Shown here: piece by piece, positions 47,369 through 60,022 of the stretch
How positions within the stretch are numbered: the first letter of the stretch is position 1
Layout of the letters: every line of letters starts with the position of its first letter
Origin: Azolla caroliniana
Taxonomy: Eukaryota > Plantae > Polypodiophyta
Assembly: GCA_043228905.1 (NCBI GenBank)
Contig: JBHGNT010000012.1
Location: forward strand, 15,810,001-15,874,000
Direction: 5' to 3'
Length of the DNA: 64,000 nt
Program-made: the position numbers and the translations under genes
The notes under the pieces: model-generated
What the model saw: only the letters and a program-made list of their open reading frames with translations
Database searches by the model: none
What the model was told of the DNA's origin: nothing

Positions 47369-49495
47369 ATGAGGGGGTCGGACCTCGCAGAAGCCATGGC
47401 TTCGGCTGTGGACCATATAGTGAGTGCTCGCGAAGGCACCGGTGCCCTTGATAGGGCTATCGAGGCGGTTGTCGGTACGATCGGCCAGTTTAGTGGGAAG
47501 GATGCCACGAGCTACTTGGCGTCCTAACGGGCTGAGATGGTAATGAGGGACATTCCGGAAGAGAGGCGTCTAGCCGGATTCCCTCAAGTGGCGATGCCGG
47601 GTATCCATACGGAGGTGCTCGAGGTACGGGCCGAGAGCCAGACCTGGGAGGAGTTCGAAGGTCGGCTCCTCGAAAGATACGGGCTTGAAGATGCGCTTCA
47701 ACTTTCGAAGCGGGACTTCATGGAGTGGGTGGAGACCCCCGACAAAGGAAGGAACGCGTCAGTGCTCCTTCGGGAGTTTGAGGAACGCTTCGCGCGCCTC
47801 TCGGTGCTTGACCGGACCGTTCTAGACACAAGCCGTGTCCTATTGTTTGTTAAGTCGGTTGACGAGCGGGATTGGGAGCAGGTAGGCCTCCTATTGGAGA
47901 CTGATGACGGGCTGACGGCCGATTGGGCCATAGTGAAAAGGGTCTGTGGCCGTTTCAACAAACGGCGGGAATGGGCTGACAATGGATCGACAGGGGCGGG
48001 CTCTGTCGCAGCAAGGAAGCTCGAGCCAACACCACCAACGCGAAGGGGAGGGACCCGAGATTGGCTCGAGACCGGGTCGGCTTCAACCAGCATGGTCAAT
48101 GGCTCGTCCGGGGGAGCAGCTCTGGAGGAGCTGACGCGTATGGTAAGGGATCTCCAAATCGCTCAGGCACGGAGGGATGGTGGCGAACAGGCCCGTGACC
48201 GACGACCTCTGGTTGAAAACAGGTGCATGTGGTGTGACACGGTTGGGCACATCCGAAAGGACTGCAGGGACTTCGCCGAGGCGATGAGAAGCAACATGGT
48301 GTACCTGTGGAACGGTCGGGTGCACGCCAGCGAGACCCGAAGGGCCCTGAACCTGAACGTCGGGCGAGGGGGTATGAAAAGGCTGATGGAGGAGGCGGCG
48401 GCTCGTCGCGCGGAGACCGTCCACTACTCGGCGTCAACTGGTATTCGGGTCGGAGGAGGCGAAACCCCGAAGACGAACAAAGCCGGGTTCTGGCCGATGA
48501 TGTTGGAAGGCCTCGCCGGTGCACGGCCGAGGAAAGAAGAGGTGGACCGCGCAGAAAAACGGGTCCGGGAGGTAACCGGGTGGAGTGACCCGATGGAAGA
48601 AAAGACGGGCTTCATCGAAGCCGCTTGTCAAAACTACGAGGCTCTGGTGGAGGACAAGCGAGTAGGGAAAACCGGAGAGGCCGGGCCCTCACAACGATAT
48701 GAAACTCGATTCGGGCAAAGACGGAATAAGGTCGGTGCATCCGGCGCCCAGGATAATCCCAAGAAGGGCGGGTACCGGCTGGGCACAGAAATCAAAAGAT
48801 CCATGGACCTGCGAAAGGTCCTGGAAGAACGAATCCTCGACAGCAAGGTGGAACTGTTGCTGAGGGAAGTGCTCGGGATCGCCAAGAAGGAGTTCCACGA
48901 CTCCATCGTAGACTTGGTGAAGAGGAAGAGGTTGTCGACGGAGACAGAACCGGAGAAGCCGGTGGAGGTGCGGACGACGCACATAGAGGACATGGCGCTG
49001 GAAGACGAGTTGGCAGAGAACCACTATTCGAGGCCGCACTGGGCCAGAGCGACCACGGAGACCCCCGTGAAGATCGGAGATGTTCATGAACCGGTGGTGG
49101 CGTTGGTGGACCACGGTTCAGAAATCAATTTGATGTCCATGGACTTCTATAAGAAGGGGAAATGGCCGATCAACACCAAGCACAGGTGGAAGATACGGGC
49201 AGTGACGCATGCCACCAAGGAACTTCATGAAGCCTGCCCGAATGTACGAGTAAAGATCGGAGATGTCGAGATTGACCAACACTTCTTCGTGCAGGAGATG
49301 TTCTCACATCCGGTTATACTAGGAGAACCATACATCACGGCAACACGGATGGAGACCAAGGTGCTAGACAACGGCTCGGCCTATGCAAGGGTCAAGAGCC
49401 AGGATGGGCGCCACTCGGTCCAGTTCTTGACGGTGAGACCAAACCATGAGAGGAACCTCGAGACCCTCGGGGGCGAAAGCTGGGAGGATTTTTGA
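47369..49495 (+). pseudogene. gag: G4 gag-protease ORF (one stop at ~47525)
   Basis: CMWCDTVGHIRKDC; ALVDHGSEINLM. Confidence 0.88.
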
Positions 49496-52145
49496 AGAGG
49501 GCTATCAAGTCGTGGGGCCGCGATAGTCAGGACACTCCGGGAGAACCCCACAAGTGTATGATAGTGAAGAAACCCTGTACTATAAGTAGGAAATTCTGGT
49601 TCTCCGACAACGGAGGGTGTACGATAGTTGACATTGTTGGACGGAAGAAGAAAAGGGCGGAGGAGCGACTTCGGTCATGTGGCGTCCTCGGCCTTGGAGA
49701 GGAAATCAACAGAGCCGTGGAGGCGGTCTCTTTCGACGATACCTTGGGGGAGCTGCGAGAGGTAGTCGGAGGAGTCCTTAGAGAGGATTAGACGATTCCG
49801 GTATGTTCGGAAAGGATGTACAAAGTCATCACGGACTTCAGTAGAGGGCTCGAGTCGGGTCGGATGGCCCGGGTGGACACGAGGTACAAGACTGTGGACC
49901 GGAAGGTGAGGCCAGTTGGGTGGACACGAGGTACAACCCTAAACCCTTGCCGGAGGGCAGCGAGTTGCGAATAAAGGGGGTTGCGTCGGACCCGAGTTTA
50001 CAAAATTCGGCCCGCATAGGACACACGTTCACCGATATAACGCTACGCGAGCTCAAAATCGGTGGGGGCGGCTTCCTACTGCTGGCGAAAGAGGACCGTT
50101 TTCGGGGAATGCTCGGAAGGCACGAGAAGGCTTTCACATTCTCACCGGAGGAGATCGGGTGCGTAGACCCGACAGTCGTGGAACCGATGGTAATATTCAC
50201 GGTACTGCATGTGCCGTGGAGTCTCAAACCGATTCCAGTACCCAGAGCTCACATGCCGAAGCTGATGGAGCTGTTAAAGCAAAAGGTCGAGATGGGAATC
50301 CTAGAACCGTCGAGTGCCCCATACTCGAATCGGTGGTTTACCGTGCCGAAGAAGGACGGCACGCTACGCTTTATTCAAGACCTGCAGCCGGTCAACAAGG
50401 TGACCATTCAAAACGCAGGAATCGGACCGACAATAGACGAGTTCGCAGAGGCCTTCGCCGGAAGGTCGATTTACTCGGTCGGTGATCTCTACTCGGGGTA
50501 CGATCAGTTCCAGCTTGCCGTAGAGAGCAGAGACATCACGACAATGCGAACTCCTCTTGGCCTAGTACGGATGTGTACCCTGCCGCAAGGAGGGACGGAC
50601 TCGGTGGCTCACATGGTGAACGCAATGAACAAGGTGCTGAGGGATTGTATCCCAGACATCACCATGCCGTTTTTGGACGACGTCCCGATCAAAGGATGCC
50701 CGGTGGAGGAAAGGGACGAGACGATTGGACCGGATGGATGCCGGAAATTCGTGGCGACGCACATCGATGATTGCGAGAAGGTGCTGCAGAGGTTGGAGGG
50801 CGCGAGGCTCACCTTCTCCGGGGGAAAGTCGGCCTTCGGGCAATTAGAGATCATGGTCGTCGGACACCTATGCGGGTCGTACGGCCGGAAACCGTCTCCG
50901 GCTAAGGTAGAAGCCATCTCTGCGATGAAGAACGACTGTAGCTCGGTCACGGAGGTTCGGAGGTTCTTGGGAGCGTGCGCATTCTACCACATATGGATCC
51001 CGCATTACGCTCACATCGCGGAGCCGTTATACGGGTTGCTGAAAAAGGGGCGAAAATTCGAGTGGAGAGATGAGCATACGGAGTCTGTCCGGAAGATGAA
51101 GGGAGTACTTGCCGCGACTCCGGCGCTCCGAAAGGCTGTCTACGGACAGAGCACTCCAATTTACATAACGGTGGACACGAGTCCGACCGGGATCGGATGG
51201 ATCGTCAACCAAGAGGGCGAGGACGGCACGCGTTTCCCGATCCGGTTCGGCGCGAAGGTCCTCAGCGAACGACAACGAGGATACGCCCAGGTTAAACGTG
51301 AGCTTTGGGGTATCGTTTCGGCGGTAAAGGCCGATAAAGACTACCTGATTGGGACAGAGGTAATTATCGAGACGGACTGCCTACCGATCCTTGGCATGGT
51401 TTCCGGATGCGTGATGTCGGACCTGGCAATGCTCAGGTGGATAGTGTATATCAAGTCCCTGAATCCGGAAATACGACACATTTCCGGGAAAGACAACACC
51501 ATGGCCGACATGCTTTCAAGGGCGAGGTTCGAAAATGATGGCGGCATGGTTTCAGAGAACGAGGAAGTTGGCGTGGACTTCTTCGAGGCAGCTCAGGTAA
51601 CAACCGGCAGGGAATGCTCTCCAACGCTTAAAGATTTCGACGAGAGCAAGTATGATGGGGAGTGGCTGCAGATCGGTGGGTTCCTGAGAACAATGACACC
51701 AGACACGGCATGGACAACGGACGAGGCCAACCGGATTCGGAAGAAAGCCTACCGATTCTTTCTCCGAGACGGATACATATGGAAGCACCCGAAGAAGAGG
51801 AACGACATCCCGCTCCGAGTGGTGGCGAAGAAGGAGGAACAACAGGATTTGCTGGCGGCGTACCACGATAGCCTGTGGGCTGGACACCATGGAACGTGGG
51901 CCATGTTCGAAAAGCTAAAGGGGAAGTACTGGTGGCCGGGACTATACTGGGACGTGCATCGGTTTGTGACGACTTGCGAAAGCTGTCAGATGCACTCCAT
52001 GATCCGACATCGAGACGAGCTTCACCCGACCTACCCTCCGACCGTCCACTTCAAGTGGATAGTGGATTTGGTGACGATGCCAATGGGGGTAGGACAGATG
52101 CGGTATTTGGTGCTGGCTCGGGAAGATCTAACGAACCAGGTTGAA
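49492..52145 (+). pseudogene. pol: G4 pol RT-RH-IN(N); integrase resumes at 59168-60022
   Basis: DLYSGYDQ, FLDD, DTSPTG, CESC; interrupted by the chromovirus. Confidence 0.9.
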
Positions 52146-55100
52146 TGTTACGGGCATGACCATATAATATCCCGTGGTAAGAATTTACCGTAGTATTCTA
52201 TACACGGGGATAAGTGTGAGGGTTAAACGAGAGTGTGAAGAAGGGGAGGATTACTTTTAATCCTCGGGATTGAGACAACCCATTAGGTCAAGTGTGAACT
52301 TGCCTGGGGGCCTTGGGTATCGCTATAAATAAGAGGCCTAGCTACCCTCATTGGATCATCTTTTGACTACATCGAGACTCTGCTCGTGTGGTGGGTCAAC
52401 TCTTGTAGCGAGCGCGCCAGCACCAGGTACGACTCGATGCCACGGCGGTGGTATGGGACGCCGATCGAGGCTCGAGTCCGTCTCGATCCCTTCGCTTGGG
52501 GGTGGTCGGGTGGATTGGCACCCTTCTTTCTCTTTCTCCTTTCTATCTTTCAATTCTTTATCCTTATCTTAAGCTTACATTAGTGCTATGATCTATAATA
52601 TTTGGTATCAGATTTTTGTACTAATGTTTCTTTGTTTTTCATTTGTCTTTTGATTGATGCTGATCGATCGTTGTGCGGTTGGCCTTGATCCAGACAACGA
52701 TCAACAAAGAACTTCGGTAACTCTTTCCAGAATTTTTCTTTCTATTCTCTCTTCTCCCATCTAATCATGTGTTTAGTTTATATGTAATTTTTTTCATTAA
52801 GTCAATGATGTTGTACTGGTCTTTAATTGATTATCTAAAACGTTTACATATGTGCACGAGGTCAATACCTCGTTTGACATGTTAATAATATGTGATGAGT
52901 GTCGTATGCGTACGAGGTTAATACCTCAATTACGTATTACGTTCACGAACATATGTTACGTTTGCGTATGAGTTTAATACCTTGATTTGTTGTAAACGAT
53001 ATGCGTTTGGTCTCGTATGCGTAAGAGGTCAATACCTCCATTGCGTATTACGATGATCTCTTATTTGTGGATGTTTCGTGTGCGTAGAGGTATATACCTC
53101 GATTACGTATCTCGAGCACATCATTTGTGGCTATTTTCTATAACGATATGTTGAATATAGGCATATGTGGTCACATATATACGTATTTGATCGTATATAT
53201 GTGATAAGTAAACATATGTGTATATTCGTTATTACGTGATTATATCGAAAGTTGTCATGATCGGGAAAAGGATGTTGGTGGCCGTCCTCACATTTTTGTG
53301 AGAATGGCGTTGTCACCATCCCATTTTCAACAATTTTTTATTGTTAACAACCCCGTTGATGACCTCGATTTCGTTACGTAAAAAAACGCAATAGCCATAA
53401 TGATGTTGAGTACGTAGGGCTTGACCCACTTCAAGTGAGGTCGCTCCAATGACGCACGTATCCAACATCCCTCCCTCGTTACATGGATACGATGCCACCA
53501 TGAGCTCGTTCTTACGAGAGGCATTCGTAATGACGTGACCATGTGATGGCCCACATGAGCCTACTACGAAACGAGGGCTCATTTGGCTTGACCATTAGGT
53601 TGCACTTTGGCGTATGCCATCGTAATTACGAGACTTGAGGTTAGGTAACGTACCAACATAGTTTTGGTAAATGAGGGCGAAATAAGGACCTTGACATATA
53701 TGTTCTTTTAAAAAAACATATATGATCAATTGCCTCGCATATCTCTTATACGCATCAAACATTAAACATTCGAGAAGACCAACTTACTTGGTTGGCTCAA
53801 GTGTTTAATGTATTTGTTCTCGAGGTCTCGAGTTCAAATATGACCAAGACCATACAACATCCTTGATACATATGACTATACCACATGTTTAGACTTAAGG
53901 TCTAAGTGCACCTCGGGGTCCTCGTAATAGGAATTAAAGAGCCGAAACCACTTATGTGGGCACCGAAACATAGTTTATTGTTAACATTTTTTTTCGTGTA
54001 TAAACTATTCATGACGCGAACATACATGGTTGAGCCTCGGGGAGCCACCATGAAAAAATCGATATAGAGATCAGGGAAAGACATTTTTTTGTCACCCCCA
54101 TGGTTTTTAAAACACCTTTGTGTTACCATAGTAACCTGATCTTGAACCTCATCTCATACGTCTAGAGGGGTATTGACGTGAGATAATGATATCGATTAAT
54201 GCTCGCCCATGATATGTTTACATCACGACATGATGTTATGACTATATCTCTGACCTTATCCTATTTCTTTTCCAGAAATTATCTTTAATGGCTCAAATTA
54301 ACGACCCGATGTCATCCGCTCAAGCGGAAGGAACTCAAGGGAATCCTCCTGGACAAATGTCCACTGAGATGTATTTGGCACAAATAACCCAATTCCTTAG
54401 TTTCACCGCTCAACAGATGACCGAACTTCGGCAATCTCAGAGTGCTCTTGAGGCACGTGTCATTAGTCTACAACGTGAGACTAATAGACCTGATGAGCGA
54501 CAAGGTGAACCATCATTTGTCGTTAAGCCATTTACGGGAGACAAAAAGGAAAGAACCGAAGAAGCAATCTGCACATGGCTGGGACGATGGGAGTCTCATT
54601 TTGAGCTCTATCCCACGCCAGATAGTACGAAGATTGCATATGTCGGCCGAGAACTCGGGGGTAAGGCCGCCGCCTGGTGGCGTGGCCTCCGTACTATGGG
54701 GAAATTGCCCGATACCTGGACAGATTTTGTCACGGTTTTTAAGGGCCAATTTCTGCAACCTCCCTCTCGAACCGAGGCAGCACAAGCTTTAATGAACCTC
54801 TCTAGCAGGAAATTTTCCTCGCTAGAAGACTATGTTCACCATGCTAGAACCCAAATCCAAAAATCGGGTCTAGAAGGGGACAATTGGTTGATAGCTTGTT
54901 TTGTCAATGGCATCCCCAATTCGGACTATCACTGGATAGTGCACGATAAGGATCCAAAATCCTTCGAAGAGGCTGTTGAAATAGTTCTTCGCTATCAACG
55001 CACTTCGAAGAAGGACCATAACAAACCCAACGAAGCGCCCGGGACTAAGCAGTCGCAATTTGTTGGGAAACGCAAGACACCCAACGAATTCCTGGATCGC

Positions 55101-58100
55101 GATTGTAAGCGACAACATCCTTTTTGTGTATTCTGCAAAAAGAAGGGTCATACAAAAGATCAATGTCGAAAGCTCCAACGGAAAGAGCACGACAACAAAG
55201 CTAAAGCTGCAAACCATAAAGGTCAGATTCCTAATGTCCTTCAGGTCTATACACATCATTTAAGTAATTGTCAATGTTCTTTCCCTCACTATGTATTGGG
55301 TCCCAATGATTTACTACGTGCAAACGGGTATATCAATGGATCTCCCGTACAATTTTTATTTGATTCGGGAAGCTCACACAATTTTGTGAATGATCGTTTG
55401 GTTCAGATATGGGGAATCCAACCCACCGTAAGTGATCACACCTACACGGTGCACTTGGCTGATGGAAGAGTACAATACATCAACGGGGCGATTCATTCAT
55501 TAGGAATTTCTATTGATACTTATATAGAGGAAGTAGACTTCCATGTAATGAATCTTTGTACCACCGATGTAATACTGGGTTATCCCTGGTTTTATAATAA
55601 AAACTCTTCTTTATTTATTGATTGGGTTCGTCATTCCATTTCTTTTGTACTGAACGATTGTACGCATTTTATTCAATGTGTAAAAAAACAATCCCTCTCG
55701 ATTGTTTCCTCGTGTCCATCAATATCCGAGTTGTCTTGTTCTACGTTATTTTATTGTGTACTTGATCCGGACATTCACGTTTACAATATCGATAATGTCC
55801 CGATTCAATTAACATATTTTGAACAACAACAACTTGATGAAATCTTAAATGATTTTCATGATGTTTTTCCAAGTGAACTACCTGATGGGTTACCTCCTAA
55901 ACGTAATATAGACCATCGTATAGATATTGTACCTGGTGTTGCACCAATAAGTATACCTCCGTATCGCTTAAGTCGATCCGAAGAAGATGAGGTATCTAAG
56001 CAACTCAAGGACTATTTACGAATGGGTTATATACGTTATAGTAAATCTCCATGGGGTGCACCAGTTCTCTTGGTTAAAAAGAAAGAGGGCACATGGCGTA
56101 TGTGTATTAATTACCGACGCTTGAATAAAGTGACGATCAAGAATTCGTATCCATTGCCCCGGGCTGACGATCTAATTGACCGTCTCCAGGGAGCTCGGTA
56201 TTTTACGAAACTTGATCTCCGTACTGGCTACCATCAAATACGAATAAGTGAGGATGATGTTCCTAAAACGGCATTTCGTACGCGCTATGGCCATTACGAG
56301 TTTTTGGTTATGCCTTTTGGTTTGACCAATGCTCCGGCTACTTTTCAACAAGAAATGAATGACATTTTCCGAGAACAACTTGGAAAATTTGTCGTTATTT
56401 TCTTGGATGATATTTTAGTTTATAGCCGTACATTACAAGAACATGCTAGACATGTCCGCTTTGTTTTACAAACATTGCGTGACAAACAATTTTATGCGAA
56501 GATCTCAAAATGTGAGTTCTTCAAGAAATCAATTACTTATCTAGGACATCTCATAACCGAACGAGGAGTTGAAATTGATCCTTCTCGCATTGAGAAAATC
56601 AAGCTTTGGCCCACTCTTCGGAATATTCGAGAAGTTCGATCATTCCTTGGTTTTGTGGGGTTTTTGCGAAAGTCTCTTCGTAATTACTCCCAATTGACGA
56701 CGCCGTTTACTGATCTTTTAAAAGGTCAAACGCGTAAGTCTACAAAACCTATTGTGTGGAATGCTACACTAGACCTTGCCTTTAAGGAACTCAAGGACCT
56801 GGTTTGCAAGGCTCCTTCACTTCTTTTACCCGATCCTTCAAAACCTTTTGAGGTTGAAACCGATGCAAGCGATTATGCTATAGGTGCTGTCTTGTATCAA
56901 GATGGTAAACCAATAGCATTCGAGAGTAAGAAACTTGATTCTGCTCAATGTCGGTATACCGTTCAAGAAAAGGAATTATTTGCAGTTATACATGCGCTCA
57001 AAACATGGCGCCATTATCTTTATGGAAATCACTTTGTGGTAACTACGGACCACGAGTCCTTGAAATATTTTTGTGACCAACAAGACCTGAAAGGTCGTAA
57101 GGCACGATGGGCTGATCTCATCCAGGACTTTGATTTTTCCATACGATATCGTAAAGGTTCCATGAACACTGTCGTTGATGCACTAAGTCGCATCCGTGAA
57201 GTTAACACGCTTAGCTTCACTGAAATATCATCAGATCTTTACGATCACCTTCGAGGAAAGTATCCTGATGACAGTTATTTCGCAAAATACTGGGCAAGAG
57301 TTGAGTCTGGAACAGACACCACCACATCCTCGAAGGAATACTTCCACATTGCTAACGGTTTGCTCTACCGTAATGGGAAGGTTTGTGTTCCAGATTTACC
57401 CGAGGTCAAAAAGAGGATTCTTTTTGAATGCCATGATGCACCCTCAGCAGGGCACCCTGGAATACATCGTACACTCGTTCTCATCTCCACTCAATTTTAT
57501 TGGCCTAAGATGCGTCCTGACATACATAGCTATGTGACTAAATGTCACCAGTGTCAGGTTAACAAAGCCGAGCGACTTAAAGCCGCAGGACTTTTACATC
57601 CCTTGGACATTCCCAATAATAAGTGGGAAAGTATATCCATGGATTTTATTGTTAGCCTTCCTCGCACCCAAAAAGGTCATGATGCCATCTGGGTTGTCGT
57701 TGATCGACTAACTAAAATGGCCAGATTTATTGCTACTAAAACCACGGTAACAGCTCCTGAATTGGCTTACCAATTCGTTGACGAATTGTTTCGTTTTTAT
57801 GGGTTACCGATGGATATCGTGAGTGATCGAGATCCAAAGTTTACTAGTGACTTCTGGACACAAGTCTTTAAGAAGTTAGAAACTACGTTGAGCATGAGCT
57901 CCACGGATCATCCTCAATCCGATGGACAGACAGAACGAGTAAATCAAATTATTGAGGACATGCTTCGAGCATACGTTGGTGCAAAACCAACAAAATGGGA
58001 ACGTTATCTCCCAATTTTGGAGTTTGCTTATAACAGCTCCAAGCATACGTCGACGGGATATAGTCCTTTTATGTTGATGTATGGTTTTCAGCCACGAGCC

Positions 58101-59162
58101 CCGATTGATGTTACTATACATCATGATGAGTTGCGAAGTACGCAAAACTTCCTTCGGGATATGCAAGATATGTTGCATATTGCACGAGATAATATAAAAA
58201 CAGCTCAAGATAGAGCGCGTTTTTATGCCGATCATCATAGGCAACCTCGTGTATTCAACCCTGGACAGAAGGTATTTTTACGTGTACCTCACAATTCCAA
58301 GACATTGTCTACGGGTAAGTGCGCTAAGTTAGCCCCACGGTTTTGTGGACCTTTTACAGTCCTCAAACGCATTGGGTCATCAGCCTATCGTCTCGCTCTT
58401 CCCGATGGTGTCGGAATTCATCCAGTCTTTCATGTGAGTCGTCTAAAAGAACTTCTAGGTTCTGGCGACAATACAGTTACGACTGAAACTCTGGTTACTT
58501 CTGAAGAATTATCTTCTAAACCACATGTACCAGAAAGAATTCTTGATGTTAAAACAAAAAAATTACGTACTAAAGAAATCCGAGAATTTAAAATAAAATG
58601 GATGGATAAATCAATAAAAGATGCCACATGGGAACGCGAAAATACTCTTAGAACTAACTTCCCTAACTTTCCATTGCAAGAGTGCAATGTTTTAAAGAGG
58701 GGGAGTATGTTACGGGCATGACCATATAATATCCCGTGGTAAGAATTTACCGTAGTATTCTATACACGGGGATAAGTGTGAGGGTTAAACGAGAGTGTGA
58801 AGAAGGGGAGGATTACTTTTAATCCTCGGGATTGAGACAACCCATTAGGTCAAGTGTGAACTTGCCTGGGGGCCTTGGGTATCGCTATAAATAAGAGGCC
58901 TAGCTACCCTCATTGGATCATCTTTTGACTACATCGAGACTCTGCTCGTGTGGTGGGTCAACTCTTGTAGCGAGCGCGCCAGCACCAGGTACGACTCGAT
59001 GCCACGGCGGTGGTATGGGACGCCGATCGAGGCTCGAGTCCGTCTCGATCCCTTCGCTCGGGGGTGGTCGGGTGGATTGGCACCCTTCTTTCTCTTTCTC
59101 CTTTCTATCTTTCAATTCTTTATCCTTATCTTAAGCTTACATTAGTGCTATGATCTATAATA
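52146..59162 (+). mobile_element. Intact young chromovirus with TG..TA LTRs and a 1.7-kb leader, inserted in G4 integrase
   Basis: 455-bp LTRs 52146-52600 and 58708-59162 (one mismatch seen); TSD TTGAA; iMet-type PBS TGGTATCAGA 52603-52612; PPT AAAGAGGGGGAG. Confidence 0.96.
54288..58721 (+). CDS. gag-pol: Single-ORF gag-pol polyprotein with C-terminal chromodomain (1477 aa)
   Basis: [57 protein letters not shown]. Confidence 0.95.
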   Translation: MAQINDPMSSAQAEGTQGNPPGQMSTEMYLAQITQFLSFTAQQMTELRQSQSALEARVISLQRETNRPDERQGEPSFVVKPFTGDKKERTEEAICTWLGRWESHFELYPTPDSTKIAYVGRELGGKAAAWWRGLRTMGKLPDTWTDFVTVFKGQFLQPPSRTEAAQALMNLSSRKFSSLEDYVHHARTQIQKSGLEGDNWLIACFVNGIPNSDYHWIVHDKDPKSFEEAVEIVLRYQRTSKKDHNKPNEAPGTKQSQFVGKRKTPNEFLDRDCKRQHPFCVFCKKKGHTKDQCRKLQRKEHDNKAKAANHKGQIPNVLQVYTHHLSNCQCSFPHYVLGPNDLLRANGYINGSPVQFLFDSGSSHNFVNDRLVQIWGIQPTVSDHTYTVHLADGRVQYINGAIHSLGISIDTYIEEVDFHVMNLCTTDVILGYPWFYNKNSSLFIDWVRHSISFVLNDCTHFIQCVKKQSLSIVSSCPSISELSCSTLFYCVLDPDIHVYNIDNVPIQLTYFEQQQLDEILNDFHDVFPSELPDGLPPKRNIDHRIDIVPGVAPISIPPYRLSRSEEDEVSKQLKDYLRMGYIRYSKSPWGAPVLLVKKKEGTWRMCINYRRLNKVTIKNSYPLPRADDLIDRLQGARYFTKLDLRTGYHQIRISEDDVPKTAFRTRYGHYEFLVMPFGLTNAPATFQQEMNDIFREQLGKFVVIFLDDILVYSRTLQEHARHVRFVLQTLRDKQFYAKISKCEFFKKSITYLGHLITERGVEIDPSRIEKIKLWPTLRNIREVRSFLGFVGFLRKSLRNYSQLTTPFTDLLKGQTRKSTKPIVWNATLDLAFKELKDLVCKAPSLLLPDPSKPFEVETDASDYAIGAVLYQDGKPIAFESKKLDSAQCRYTVQEKELFAVIHALKTWRHYLYGNHFVVTTDHESLKYFCDQQDLKGRKARWADLIQDFDFSIRYRKGSMNTVVDALSRIREVNTLSFTEISSDLYDHLRGKYPDDSYFAKYWARVESGTDTTTSSKEYFHIANGLLYRNGKVCVPDLPEVKKRILFECHDAPSAGHPGIHRTLVLISTQFYWPKMRPDIHSYVTKCHQCQVNKAERLKAAGLLHPLDIPNNKWESISMDFIVSLPRTQKGHDAIWVVVDRLTKMARFIATKTTVTAPELAYQFVDELFRFYGLPMDIVSDRDPKFTSDFWTQVFKKLETTLSMSSTDHPQSDGQTERVNQIIEDMLRAYVGAKPTKWERYLPILEFAYNSSKHTSTGYSPFMLMYGFQPRAPIDVTIHHDELRSTQNFLRDMQDMLHIARDNIKTAQDRARFYADHHRQPRVFNPGQKVFLRVPHNSKTLSTGKCAKLAPRFCGPFTVLKRIGSSAYRLALPDGVGIHPVFHVSRLKELLGSGDNTVTTETLVTSEELSSKPHVPERILDVKTKKLRTKEIREFKIKWMDKSIKDATWERENTLRTNFPNFPLQECNVLKRGSMLRA

Positions 59163-59167
59163 TTGAA

Positions 59168-60022
59168 GGCTGAGCCCTGCAGAACAGGACGACGGCAGCC
59201 GTGTGCCGGTTTTTGATTGGGGACGTAGTATGCCGATACGGGTGCGTAGGGAAGATCGTGGCTGACCGTGGTGAGTTGGACGCAGAAGAGGCCGAAGAGT
59301 TGTTCGACCGGCTAGGAGTCAAACTTTCGCTCACCACAGCGTACAATCCGGAGGCGAACGGGAAGGTGGAGCGTGGACACGGGCCAATTGTCAAAGCGCT
59401 AGTACGGGCGTGCGGAGGCCGAGTCGGGGACTGGCCACGGCTGCTACCTTATGCCTTGTGGGCGGACCGGACTACGCACAGTTCGGTAACCGGGTTCATG
59501 CCGGCCGAGCTAATGTTCGGACAGAAGCCGATCATGCCAACAGAGTGAACGATCTCCTCGTGGGCCACGGTGGACTGGAGGGATGAGATGAGCCGGGAGG
59601 AACTGTTGGCGGCGCGGATTCGACAGCTCGAGCGGAGGCCGGAGGATGTAGAGCGAGCCGCGGAGAAACTTCGAGTAGCGAGGATAAGGAACAAAGCCCG
59701 GTTTGACCGAACACACCGGTCCAGGCCAAGGAAGATCGAGGAAGGCGACTGGGTGCTAATCTACGACAACAGCCTCGACAATCAGCACAGGGCCACGCGG
59801 AAGTTTGTGAGGAGGTGGTTCGGGCCTTACGTAGTAATAGGCGCCAACGGCAATGGGACGTACCATCTCGCGGAGCTCGACGGTACGAGAATGGCGATAC
59901 CGGTAGCGGGGAAGAGGATCAAAGCGTTCAAGAAACGACACGACAGGGAGCTGGAGCTAGGGGGCATGGACAACGACGATGAGCAGCCCGAGGCGGAGGA
60001 CGAACCGGTTAACGAGGAATAA
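59168..60022 (+). pseudogene. pol: G4 integrase core and C-terminus
   Basis: ADRGE, PEANGKVER, WFGPY; stop near 59546. Confidence 0.88.

Noticed and set aside
49871-49940. Second programmed frameshift in G4 pol
   Set aside because: It is explained by a local 19-bp duplication (GGGTGGACACGAGGTACAA) that is absent from G1.
52845-53115. CRISPR array
   Set aside because: The repeats are short and degenerate, there are no cas genes and the context is a eukaryotic retrotransposon. Kept as a hairpin-array finding instead.
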